The translations under genes and the position numbers were made by a program. From contig CAZUSB010000003.1 of the NCBI GenBank assembly GCA_964622895.1, positions 2,403 to 39,022 of the forward strand: a stretch of DNA of 36,620 nt, in the 5' to 3' direction. Below, in pieces: positions 7,255-15,192 of this stretch (position 1 is the first letter of the stretch; every line of letters starts with the position of its first letter). The notes beneath the pieces were generated by a model that saw nothing but the letters and a program-made list of their open reading frames with translations, ran no database searches and was not told where the DNA came from. The DNA comes from an uncultured Candidatus Saccharibacteria bacterium (GTDB taxonomy: Bacteria; Patescibacteriota; Saccharimonadia; Saccharimonadales; Saccharimonadaceae).

Positions 7255-7974
7255 ATGAGTGTTTATTCAAACACTGAAATCCAAAAGGCCATCAAGGAAG
7301 GAACGATAGTCTGTGAGCCATTTAATCAAAAACATGTTTCGGAGGCCAGTTTAGATTTTACGCTCGGACACTATTACTATGAACAAGAGGCAAATTCTGC
7401 ATCTGCTGTCTATAACCCCTTTGACGAAGAAGAAGTTAGTCGCTATTTTCGTGGCCCGCTAAAAGCCAAAACCCATAAAGAATGGTCCAAAGAGAGCGGC
7501 TATAATTTGTTGAATAATATTCCGGCTGATCATCCGGTGATTGTCCTGAAGCCTGGAGAGAGGATCTTGGCGCACACTCATGAATTTGTCGGCATCAGGC
7601 CTGAAGGTGGAGCCTGTGAGGTTAAATCACGCTCTAGCTGGGGCAGAAATGGTGTTGCCGTTTGTTTTGATGCAGGTTGGGTTGATCCAGGTTATATCAA
7701 TCGGATCACTCTAGAGATCTATAACCTCAATAAGCACGAATCTGTAGTAATTCCAGTAGGTGAAAGAATTGGGCAGCTAATTTTTCACAAAACTGGACCT
7801 GTTGACGGCAGCTATAGCCAAGGACGAGGAGGTATAAGTGGTAAATATCAGCATACCGACGACCTTGCCGAACTAAAAAAGGTTTGGCGACCAGAATCAA
7901 TGCTACCACGTGCCTACAAAGACAAGCGACAAGCACCTCCTGTAATTAGCGGCTTAAACAAAGATATTAAATAA
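7255..7974 (+). CDS. dcd: dCTP deaminase family protein (dUTPase fold) with a C-terminal extension
   Basis: 239 aa. It aligns by eye to Dcd at SLDFTLG, LKPGERILAHT, SRSSWGRNG, DPGY and TLEIYN (catalytic Glu), then GERIGQLIF. The SD is a strong GGGGGTGGAG. Confidence 0.8.
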   Translation: MSVYSNTEIQKAIKEGTIVCEPFNQKHVSEASLDFTLGHYYYEQEANSASAVYNPFDEEEVSRYFRGPLKAKTHKEWSKESGYNLLNNIPADHPVIVLKPGERILAHTHEFVGIRPEGGACEVKSRSSWGRNGVAVCFDAGWVDPGYINRITLEIYNLNKHESVVIPVGERIGQLIFHKTGPVDGSYSQGRGGISGKYQHTDDLAELKKVWRPESMLPRAYKDKRQAPPVISGLNKDIK

Positions 7975-7987
7975 ATCGGTGACAGGG

Positions 7988-8016
7988 TTGTAATTTCTAT
8001 CGTTAAGTGCTATAAT
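7988..8016 (+). promoter_or_regulatory. Sigma70-type promoter for rplJ-rplL: TTGTAA, 17 nt, (TGc)TATAAT
   Basis: The -35 is at 7988-7993 and the -10 at 8011-8016, with a TGn extension. It precedes a leader of about 215 nt. Confidence 0.65.
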
Positions 8017-8240
8017 CCTTGATGGACATCACCAAAGACAGTGGTTACGGTTCGCCGTTTAATATTCAGAGGATTTACCTCTCAAAAAACCACCTAGGAA
8101 TGTAAAAGATAATTTTAATATAATTTTTTGTATCCAGTAGTCTTTGGCAGTGCGAGAACCAAAGACTTTTTTAGTCCCAATTTTCGAAAAAAACACTGTC
8201 CGGACCTTAACAATTCATCAATCATAACCAAGGAGATTTT
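8017..8240 (+). promoter_or_regulatory. Structured rplJ 5' leader (L10-leader-like autoregulatory/attenuator element)
   Basis: P1 helix GTGGTT (8041-8046) / AACCAC (8088-8093) encloses two hairpins. These are ACGG-UUCG-CCGU (8047-8058) and AGAGG-AUUUA-CCUCU (8068-8082). A terminator hairpin lies downstream, and the 9-nt repeat accaaagac occurs at 8031-8039 and 8158-8166. Confidence 0.55.
8139..8173 (+). terminator. Intrinsic terminator inside the rplJ leader (attenuator)
   Basis: The arms are agtctttgg (8139-8147) and ccaaagact (8159-8167), with an 11-nt loop. They are followed by TTTTTT (8168-8173), about 68 nt upstream of the rplJ ATG. Confidence 0.6.
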
Positions 8241-8768
8241 ATGGCAATATCACGCGATAAAAAACAACAATTGGTTACCGAATTAAATGAGCTATTTGCA
8301 TCAGCAAAAGCAACTGCCGCCGCATCTTATACTGGAGTTTCGGTTAAAGAGCTTCAGGAATTGCGAAAAATGGCACGAGAAGAAAATGTGACGATCAAAG
8401 TTGTTAAAAACCGACTAGTTCGAGTAGCGATGAGCCAGCATGAAACATTGAACAAAGCTGACACTTCACTACTAAAAGATCAATTAGTCTATGCGTTTTC
8501 CGCTGACGACGAAGTTGCACCTGCACAGACTCTTGCCAAATTCGCTAAATCCCACCCAGCAGTTGAATTGATTGTTGGCTACGATGCTAGCGGTACTACA
8601 TATGCTACAGCTGAGATCAAGGCATTGGCAAGCTTGCCAACCAAAGATCAGTTGCGTGGACAAGTGGTCAGCGTTATTGCTGCACCTCTCACACAATTTT
8701 TGGGCGTGGCAAATGGAGCGCAACGAGGCTTTGCACAAGTCCTTTCGCAGCGCGCAGAATCAATTTAA
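8241..8768 (+). CDS. rplJ: 50S ribosomal protein L10
   Basis: 175 aa. It has a typical L10 N-terminus (MAISRDKKQQLV..L), an AAGGAG SD, and sits upstream of rplL. Confidence 0.92.
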   Translation: MAISRDKKQQLVTELNELFASAKATAAASYTGVSVKELQELRKMAREENVTIKVVKNRLVRVAMSQHETLNKADTSLLKDQLVYAFSADDEVAPAQTLAKFAKSHPAVELIVGYDASGTTYATAEIKALASLPTKDQLRGQVVSVIAAPLTQFLGVANGAQRGFAQVLSQRAESI

Positions 8769-8819
8769 TTTTGTAACAAAACTATATTAACCAATACTTA
8801 AAAACTAAAGGAGAATAAA

Positions 8820-9221
8820 ATGGCTGATACCGAAATCAAGCTTACAACTGGTCAACAAAAAATTGTTGATGAGCTAAACAAACTCTCAGCTCTTGAGTTG
8901 AGTCAAATCGTAAAACATTTAGAGGAAGAATGGGGCGTTAGCGCAGCTGCGCCAGCAGTAGCCGTTGCGGCTGCTCCAGCAGAAGGCGGCGCAGCAGCCG
9001 AAGAGTCAAAATCAGAGTTCACAGTTAATCTAACTGACGCTGGTAATCAAAAAGTTGCTGTTATCAAGGCAGTTAAAGAAATTACCGGTCTTGGACTTGG
9101 TGAGGCAAAAGCACTAGTTGACAATGCTCCATCAGCAATCCTAGAAAAAGCTTCAAAAGATGATGCAGAAAATGCTAAAAAATCTCTTGAAGAAGCTGGC
9201 GCAAGCGTAGAGCTAGTTTAA
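8820..9221 (+). CDS. rplL: 50S ribosomal protein L7/L12
   Basis: 133 aa. It has an Ala-rich hinge ([21 protein letters not shown]) and the C-terminal domain [24 protein letters not shown]. Confidence 0.95.
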   Translation: MADTEIKLTTGQQKIVDELNKLSALELSQIVKHLEEEWGVSAAAPAVAVAAAPAEGGAAAEESKSEFTVNLTDAGNQKVAVIKAVKEITGLGLGEAKALVDNAPSAILEKASKDDAENAKKSLEEAGASVELV

Positions 9222-9254
9222 TTATATTAACAACGATTGATGAACTTGTTTAAT

Positions 9255-9285
9255 AAAGCTCACATTTTGTGAGCTTTATTTATTT
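9255..9285 (+). terminator. Intrinsic terminator after rplL
   Basis: The arms aaagctcac (9255-9263) and gtgagcttt (9269-9277) form a 9-bp stem with loop atttt. A T-rich tail (atttatttg) follows. Confidence 0.75.
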
Positions 9286-9342
9286 GTAAATAAAACAACG
9301 ATACGTTATTGACCTCTGATTTTGTTGTGGATAAATTATAAC

Positions 9343-9371
9343 TTGACAGTTTATTATAAAACTGATATATA
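9343..9371 (+). promoter_or_regulatory. Sigma70-type promoter: TTGACA, 17 nt, (TGa)TATATA
   Basis: The -35 is a consensus hexamer at 9343-9348 and the -10 is at 9366-9371. The -10 overlaps the ORF-track ATG 9371, which argues that the real start is ATG 9416. Confidence 0.55.
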
Positions 9372-9415
9372 TGGATGTAGTATATTACAAAAATAGACAA
9401 AGGAATGCGAGCACC

Positions 9416-9934
9416 ATGTCTGAATTACCAGAGAAACAAGTTAAACGATTACATAGCCTGCTCCAAGAAGCAGAAGTTAATCTTGCAGCAGCGAGAGAAT
9501 TATTAATCAGCCTATCCGGCGGAGAACTAAAAGAACCGACCGTCAGAACAGATGCTGGTGAGATCTCAATAGGCAAGGTGATTGAAGGAATTTTTGATGG
9601 ACAAAAATTTATAGATCCAGACGGTAAAGAATACCCAGTGCCAGTCAACTACGCCAGTAAATCAAAGCTGGTTGAGGGCGATATTTTAAAGTTAACTATT
9701 GCTGACGACGGACGATTTATCTATAAACAAATCAATCAAGTTGAGCGTAAACAAATTATTGGAACCTTGACACAACATGACGGCACTTATTATGTAGAAG
9801 CTGGCGGTAAAGAGTACCGCATTTTACTTGCTAGCGTCACCTATTTTAAGCTTAACGAAGGCGCACAAGCCACTATAATCGTACCGAGCGACAACCCAGA
9901 CGCTACCTGGGCGGCCGTAGAAGCAGCGCTTTAG
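9416..9934 (+). CDS. Hypothetical protein: N-terminal helical segment plus two tandem ~50-aa beta-rich repeats
   Basis: 172 aa from ATG 9416, with an AAGGAA SD 10 nt upstream; the ORF-track start at 9371 lies inside the promoter. The internal repeat is DGKEYPVPVNYASKSKLVEGD versus GGKEYRILLASVTYFKLNEGA. I recognise no family. Confidence 0.6.
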   Translation: MSELPEKQVKRLHSLLQEAEVNLAAARELLISLSGGELKEPTVRTDAGEISIGKVIEGIFDGQKFIDPDGKEYPVPVNYASKSKLVEGDILKLTIADDGRFIYKQINQVERKQIIGTLTQHDGTYYVEAGGKEYRILLASVTYFKLNEGAQATIIVPSDNPDATWAAVEAAL

Positions 9935-9986
9935 ACTCTGGATTGAAAAGCTGTTTTAGCGTAAAATAGAAACAGTTGAGTTAATT

Positions 9987-11384
9987 ATGTCACAAGCATT
10001 ATATAGAAAATATCGGAGTAGCACTTTAGGCGAGATTGTTGGTCAAAACCACATTACTTCTGTGCTGCAAAAATCACTAGAGACAAACTCTCTGTCTCAT
10101 GCTTATTTATTTACCGGACCTCGCGGAGTCGGCAAGACTTCTGTTGCTCGTATTTTAGCTGGTCTCTTAACAGAAACCAACCCAAAGGAAACCAGCCTTG
10201 ATATCATTGAGATTGATGCAGCCAGCAATAACAGCGTAGAAGACATACGTGATTTACGAGATAAAGCACAAATTGCTCCCGCCTCTTCACCGAAAAAAGT
10301 TTATATTATTGACGAAGTGCACATGTTATCGCGATCAGCCTTCAATGCGCTGCTAAAAACCCTAGAGGAACCACCGGCACACGTTGTGTTTATACTAGCC
10401 ACAACCAATCCCGATAAATTGCCCGAAACAATCATCAGTCGGACGCAACATTTTGCTTTTAGGAAATTTTCAGATATCGTCATTTCAGACCAGCTAAAGA
10501 TGATTGCAAAAAAAGAAAAAATAACAATTGACGAAGATGCACTTAATTTAATTGTCTTGCAGGCCGATGGTGGCATGAGAGACGCTATTAGTCTTTTGGA
10601 TCAACTGTCTCCTTTAGGTAAAGAAAAAAATAGTTTAACCGTAGAAGTCATCGCTAACGCTCTAGGTTTAGCTCAACAGACCACAGTCGCCACACTCCTT
10701 GATATGACTCTTGACGGTGATTTTATCAACTTAAGAAAAACTCTCGTTCAACTAGAGGCCGAGGGTGTTCCGGCGGCGATTTTACTAGACCAATTGATAG
10801 ACGAAGCTCTCAAACAGTCATTTACGCGTCAAGAGCTATTACCGCTCCTCGAAAATCTAAGTCTACTCAACAAAAGGGATGACTATCTTGATGTTAAATT
10901 ACTTACTACGCTAGCTTTATTTAACCCAAAAAAATCGTCTCATGAAACAATCACAAAAAACGAAGCGAAACCAGCTAAACAGCCGACCAAAACTGTTTCT
11001 CTTGCTACTACCGCGCCAAAAATAGTACAGGAGACGATTGTTGAAAAAAAGCACACGACTAGCGGAGCCGTAGGTAAATTAGATTGGAATATTGTCATAG
11101 ACAACACAAAGAAGAAGCATATGGCGTTAGCTAGCTTGGTTGTTAAGTGTAAACATGAGATGCCTGACGACTCAAAGTTGATTCTTTATACAATGAATAA
11201 GTTCAACAAAAAGAAGCTTGATGACCCAAAATACTTACCCCATCTTTATACTATTTTAGGCGAGTTAGGCTTTAATCATTTGGTAATTGAGACTGTCGCA
11301 AGCGCGCCACCACCAAAAAATAAGTTAGCCAAAGATATAGCAAAAATTATGGGTGGAGCAGAAGTGGTAGAGGTAGATATATAA
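9987..11384 (+). CDS. dnaX: DNA polymerase III subunit gamma/tau
   Basis: 465 aa. It has a Walker A (GPRGVGKTS), a Walker B (IIDEVHML), sensor SRTQ, and the LKTLEEPP motif. A low-complexity linker is followed by a C-terminal tau-type domain. Confidence 0.92.
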   Translation: MSQALYRKYRSSTLGEIVGQNHITSVLQKSLETNSLSHAYLFTGPRGVGKTSVARILAGLLTETNPKETSLDIIEIDAASNNSVEDIRDLRDKAQIAPASSPKKVYIIDEVHMLSRSAFNALLKTLEEPPAHVVFILATTNPDKLPETIISRTQHFAFRKFSDIVISDQLKMIAKKEKITIDEDALNLIVLQADGGMRDAISLLDQLSPLGKEKNSLTVEVIANALGLAQQTTVATLLDMTLDGDFINLRKTLVQLEAEGVPAAILLDQLIDEALKQSFTRQELLPLLENLSLLNKRDDYLDVKLLTTLALFNPKKSSHETITKNEAKPAKQPTKTVSLATTAPKIVQETIVEKKHTTSGAVGKLDWNIVIDNTKKKHMALASLVVKCKHEMPDDSKLILYTMNKFNKKKLDDPKYLPHLYTILGELGFNHLVIETVASAPPPKNKLAKDIAKIMGGAEVVEVDI

Positions 11385-12766
11385 TGCCAGCTCCGAAAAA
11401 CACCTCCCGTCAAACGAACCCTGCCAAAAAAACTTCCAGTGGTGCTAAAATACCACCTCAAAATTTAGACGCCGAAAAAAGTCTTTTGGGCGCAATACTA
11501 ATTGACGACGAAGTGTTGTCCGAAGCTACCGAGTTTGTTAAACCGCAAGATTTTTATGAGCCTAAACACGAACTCATTTATCAAGCTGCTCTAAATCTTT
11601 ATGAAAAAAATCGGCCAATTGACCTTCTAACTTTAACTGACGAACTAAAAAAATCTGAGAGTTTTGATGAAATTGGTGGTTCGACATATTTGACAGAACT
11701 AACAAATCATGTACCAACATCTGCCAATGCTAGTGCCTATGCAGAACTTGTCGGTCAAAAGGCAGTCAGACGACGTCTTATCAAAGCGGGTGCCGAAATA
11801 GCCGAGGCAGCATACGACGAAGAGACCAGTACCCAAGAGCTATTAGGCCAGGCTGAAGTTGAACTATTTTCAGTCAGTGATCAATCATTAAAGCAGGATT
11901 TATCCAGTATTGAAAGTATTTTGGAATCTAGCTTTGACCGCATGGAAGAGCTATCGCGAAATAAAGGACAACTCCGAGGCGTGAGAACAGGATTTACTGA
12001 TCTTGATAACATGACCGCCGGACTACAAAAAAGTGATTTATTAATTCTAGCCGCTAGACCAGCAATGGGGAAGACCACACTGGTGACAAACTTAGCTTAT
12101 AATGTAGCCAATCTGTCTAAACTGCCAGTATTATTTTTCAGTCTAGAGATGAGCAAAGAACAGTTAGTTGATCGTATGCTAGCCGAAGCTTCGGGTATTG
12201 ATGCGTGGAACATCCGTACGGGTAATTTATCGGGAGACGATTTTGAAAGACTATCTGACGCAATGGGCGAAATGGCAGAAGCCCCTATATATATAGACGA
12301 CACGCCAGGTATGTCAGTACTTGAAATGCGCACCAAAGCTCGTCGAGCAGCTCATGAACAGCCTCTAGGACTAATAGTGATTGACTATCTACAATTGATG
12401 CAAGCCAGTGGACGGACAGATGGTAACAGAGTGCAAGAAGTTAGTGAGATTTCTCGTGGGCTCAAATTGATCGCTCGTGAATTAAACGTGCCCGTTATTG
12501 CTTTAAGTCAGCTATCTCGTTCAGTTGAGTCAAGAAGTCCACAAATTCCTCAACTCGCTGACCTTAGGGAGTCAGGCTCTATTGAACAAGATGCCGATAT
12601 TGTGATGTTTATTTATCGTGAAGCTTATTACAATCCAGAAAGTGAAAAAGGTAATATTACCGAACTTCACCTTGCGAAACACCGTAACGGACCAACCGGT
12701 AGAATTGATTTATACTTTGACCCTAAGCAGTTGCGTTTCCAAAATCTAGACAAGAATCATAGCTAA
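11384..12766 (+). CDS. dnaB: Replicative DNA helicase DnaB
   Basis: 460 aa. Motifs present are PQNLDAEKSLLGAIL, a Walker A (ARPAMGKTT), IDYLQLM, SQLSR and LRESGSIEQDAD. Its start overlaps the dnaX stop by 1 nt (TAATG). Confidence 0.95.
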   Translation: MPAPKNTSRQTNPAKKTSSGAKIPPQNLDAEKSLLGAILIDDEVLSEATEFVKPQDFYEPKHELIYQAALNLYEKNRPIDLLTLTDELKKSESFDEIGGSTYLTELTNHVPTSANASAYAELVGQKAVRRRLIKAGAEIAEAAYDEETSTQELLGQAEVELFSVSDQSLKQDLSSIESILESSFDRMEELSRNKGQLRGVRTGFTDLDNMTAGLQKSDLLILAARPAMGKTTLVTNLAYNVANLSKLPVLFFSLEMSKEQLVDRMLAEASGIDAWNIRTGNLSGDDFERLSDAMGEMAEAPIYIDDTPGMSVLEMRTKARRAAHEQPLGLIVIDYLQLMQASGRTDGNRVQEVSEISRGLKLIARELNVPVIALSQLSRSVESRSPQIPQLADLRESGSIEQDADIVMFIYREAYYNPESEKGNITELHLAKHRNGPTGRIDLYFDPKQLRFQNLDKNHS

Positions 12767-12778
12767 GGACTCAAGAAT

Positions 12779-14227
12779 ATGAAATTTATAAAAGGTCTAC
12801 ATATCAACACAACGTACTTTTACCGTCATCGGTACATCATCGGTTACGTATCACTTGCTGTAATTTTCAGCTTAATCTTGTTATTTGTTAGCTTAAATTT
12901 ACCCGGCGGATTAACTAATGCAGAAATGCAATCAACTGCCACAAGTGATTCCTTGAGCTTTAGTAGTCCTGGAACTTTTGCAATTAGCAATTTACCGTAT
13001 CATATTTTTCAGCGCATCAGTATTGATTTATTTGGAGTCTCAGTCTTTTCTATTAAACTTCCATCACTAATTTTTGCACTTTTAACTGTTATCGGCTTAA
13101 TATTATTATTGCGCAGCTGGTTCAAACCAAATTTAGCAATTCTTGCAACGATTATAGTTATTACAACGGGACAATTCTTGTTTATCGCACAATCTGGTAC
13201 GCCTGATATCATGCCTCTACTTTGGTCAGTCTGGATTTTGACCCTAACAATTACCATTGTTAAATCACCCGATCTAAAGCGTCGTACAATCCTCAAATCA
13301 ATCTTAATGGTTGTTATTGCTCTTAGTCTATATACCCCTGTTAGTGTGTACGTCATCGTCGCCCTGATGCTAGCGATTGCCACTCATCCCCACCTCAGGC
13401 ATCTAGTAAGAAAACTCAATAGAAGAGCTATTCTTATCGCCACCGGTTTTGGCTTTATAATATTAATCCCTCTGTTAGCGAGTTTAGTCTATCGCCCATC
13501 ATTAATATTGACACTTCTTGGTGCGCCGCCAAGTATGCCAAATATCGGCGACAATCTAGCATTCTTATTGAACCATTATCTCAGTTTTGTCAATGCAAAC
13601 GATATATCTGCCGCCTTCATTACATTTAATATCGCCGCCATGGTGTTTATAGCAATCGGCATAATTCAACTAATAAAAACACGTGAGACCGCAAAAAGCT
13701 ACATTATTGCTGCGTGGGGTATACTTTTGCTAATTCCTATTGTGATTTATCCGTCAAATACTAATTCATTATTTATTCCATTATCCCTGCTTATGACGAT
13801 GGGTCTTGCTTCTGTTTTAGGTTATTGGTATAAACTATTTCCACTTAATCCCTACGCGAGAGTTGCTGGATTAATTCCAATAATCATCCTAATAAGCTCA
13901 GTCATGCTAGCAGGATTTGAAAATTATATATATGGCTATAGTTATAACCCAGCGATTACCAGTTATTTTTCTCGTGATTTAAAATTATTGCCCAAAGACA
14001 CGACGACGCTACTAGTATCAGATGATCAATTGCCATTTTTCCAGACGGTCGCTAGGCGTACAGACGGATTGACTGCAACCAATACTTTGCCTGAAACGAA
14101 TTTTACGGCAACGCTAGATGGTAAACCACAAACTCCAGCTGGATTTAAAATTACACGAATTATTACCGATAGCAACTATCGCGCCAGCGATCGGTTCTAT
14201 GTTTTTTCAAAGATTGACGATAAATGA
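12779..14227 (+). CDS. Polytopic membrane protein, GT-C fold glycosyltransferase-like (GT39/ArnT-like)
   Basis: 482 aa with about 11-12 TM helices, a first extracytoplasmic loop, and a LFGVSVFSIKLPS segment resembling ArnT/PMT_2 proteins. A soluble C-terminal domain follows. The coding call is solid and the family call is moderate. Confidence 0.55.
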   Translation: MKFIKGLHINTTYFYRHRYIIGYVSLAVIFSLILLFVSLNLPGGLTNAEMQSTATSDSLSFSSPGTFAISNLPYHIFQRISIDLFGVSVFSIKLPSLIFALLTVIGLILLLRSWFKPNLAILATIIVITTGQFLFIAQSGTPDIMPLLWSVWILTLTITIVKSPDLKRRTILKSILMVVIALSLYTPVSVYVIVALMLAIATHPHLRHLVRKLNRRAILIATGFGFIILIPLLASLVYRPSLILTLLGAPPSMPNIGDNLAFLLNHYLSFVNANDISAAFITFNIAAMVFIAIGIIQLIKTRETAKSYIIAAWGILLLIPIVIYPSNTNSLFIPLSLLMTMGLASVLGYWYKLFPLNPYARVAGLIPIIILISSVMLAGFENYIYGYSYNPAITSYFSRDLKLLPKDTTTLLVSDDQLPFFQTVARRTDGLTATNTLPETNFTATLDGKPQTPAGFKITRIITDSNYRASDRFYVFSKIDDK

Positions 14228-14233
14228 TATAAT
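14225..14233 (+). promoter_or_regulatory. Extended -10 promoter TGaTATAAT for ybaB-recR
   Basis: It overlaps the upstream TGA stop. The leader of about 25 nt carries an AAGGGGAG SD before ATG 14265. Confidence 0.5.
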
Positions 14234-14264
14234 ATAAAGAGATAACAAAGGGGAGAATTTTAAT

Positions 14265-14555
14265 ATGGCTATGGATCAAATGAAAACTTTAAATCAATTA
14301 CGAAAAGCACAAAATGATTTAAAAAAAGAGATAATTGAAGTGTCAGCAGGTGACGGAGCTGTCGTCATCCAAATAACCGGGGAAATGAAGATAAAAGATG
14401 TTTCACTAGATCCTGAATTAATTGATTTTGACGATATAGAAGAGCTAGAAAATTGGATAAAAATTGCCGTTCGTGATGGATTAACTAAAGCACAAGAAGT
14501 GGCTGCTGAAAAAATGAAGCCATTGATGGGCGGATTAGGCAACCTCGGTCTTTAG
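14265..14555 (+). CDS. ybaB: YbaB/EbfC family nucleoid-associated protein
   Basis: 96 aa. It has typical size, helical N- and C-terminal ends and a G-rich tail (MGGLGNLGL), and sits immediately upstream of recR. Confidence 0.85.
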   Translation: MAMDQMKTLNQLRKAQNDLKKEIIEVSAGDGAVVIQITGEMKIKDVSLDPELIDFDDIEELENWIKIAVRDGLTKAQEVAAEKMKPLMGGLGNLGL

Positions 14556-14563
14556 GTTTTAGA

Positions 14564-15184
14564 GTGTCAAACATCCTACCTGATGCACTACTACGAGTGA
14601 TTGATGAGCTCGGAAGATTACCAGGCGTCGGCGTACGCACAGCCGAACGCTATGCATATGCTTTATTAAAAGCTAATCCTCAAACTAGCTTTAATATTGC
14701 TAAATCTCTTAATGATCTGCATGCAAATGTCAAATTTTGTCCAATCACTTTTGCGCTAATCAATCAGTCAGATGACGTCTCACCACTTTATGGCGACCCA
14801 GGGCGAGATAAATCTACCGTTGCTGTCGTTGAAGAACCACTCGATATCGTGGCTATAGAAAAAACCGGCAAATATCATGGGACCTATCATGTGTTGGGTG
14901 GCGCAATTAGCCCGATTGATGGTATTGGGCCTGAACAACTACACCTACAAGAGCTTGTCACAAGACTCAAAAAAGATAATGTCACAGAACTAATAGTAGC
15001 GACCAACGCAAGCGTGGAGGGGGAGTCTACTTCGTTATTCTTACAAAAATACGTAAAAGATGCTGGACTAACTTTAAAAATGAGCAGATTGGCACGAGGT
15101 ATACCAGTTGGCGTGGATCTAGAGTATGCCGACCAAATTACTCTTGCACACGCACTAGAAGATAGAAGCGTCATTGAGGTATAA
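14564..15184 (+). CDS. recR: Recombination protein RecR (zinc-finger cysteines largely absent)
   Basis: 206 aa with a GTG start. It has the HhH motif LPGVGVRTAERYA, a Toprim domain (VVEEPLDIVAIEKTGKYHGTYHVLGG; ATNASVEGESTS) and the C-terminal GIPVGVDLEYAD. Confidence 0.88.
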   Translation: MSNILPDALLRVIDELGRLPGVGVRTAERYAYALLKANPQTSFNIAKSLNDLHANVKFCPITFALINQSDDVSPLYGDPGRDKSTVAVVEEPLDIVAIEKTGKYHGTYHVLGGAISPIDGIGPEQLHLQELVTRLKKDNVTELIVATNASVEGESTSLFLQKYVKDAGLTLKMSRLARGIPVGVDLEYADQITLAHALEDRSVIEV

Positions 15185-15185
15185 T
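15180..15185 (+). promoter_or_regulatory. Possible -10 TATAAT 7 nt before the nrnA ATG (or the preceding GAGGT acts as an SD)
   Basis: The sequence is gaggTATAATaaatcttATG, which has the same geometry as the clearer leaderless loci. It is ambiguous because GAGGT lies 12 nt upstream of the ATG. Confidence 0.35.
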
Positions 15186-15192
15186 AAATCTT

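Noticed and set aside
8022-8105. A 27-aa ORF (MDITKDSGYGSPFNIQRIYLSKNHLGM) at the 5' end of the rplJ leader, as a possible leader peptide.
   Set aside because: The ATG is only 5 nt from the -10 box, so probably at or before the TSS, and there is no SD. The region is better explained by the RNA three-way junction. The attenuation model does not need a leader peptide.
10508-10514. Additional A_AAA_AAA slippery heptamers in dnaX, at codons 174-175 (10508-10514) and 315-316 (10928-10934). The latter has a -1 stop after 3 codons.
   Set aside because: The first would truncate the AAA+ module and cannot be functional, which shows that such heptamers arise by chance in this Lys-rich gene. The second lacks an upstream SD-like element and uses AAA rather than the more shift-prone AAG in the A site. 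Only the 11045 site has the full cassette.
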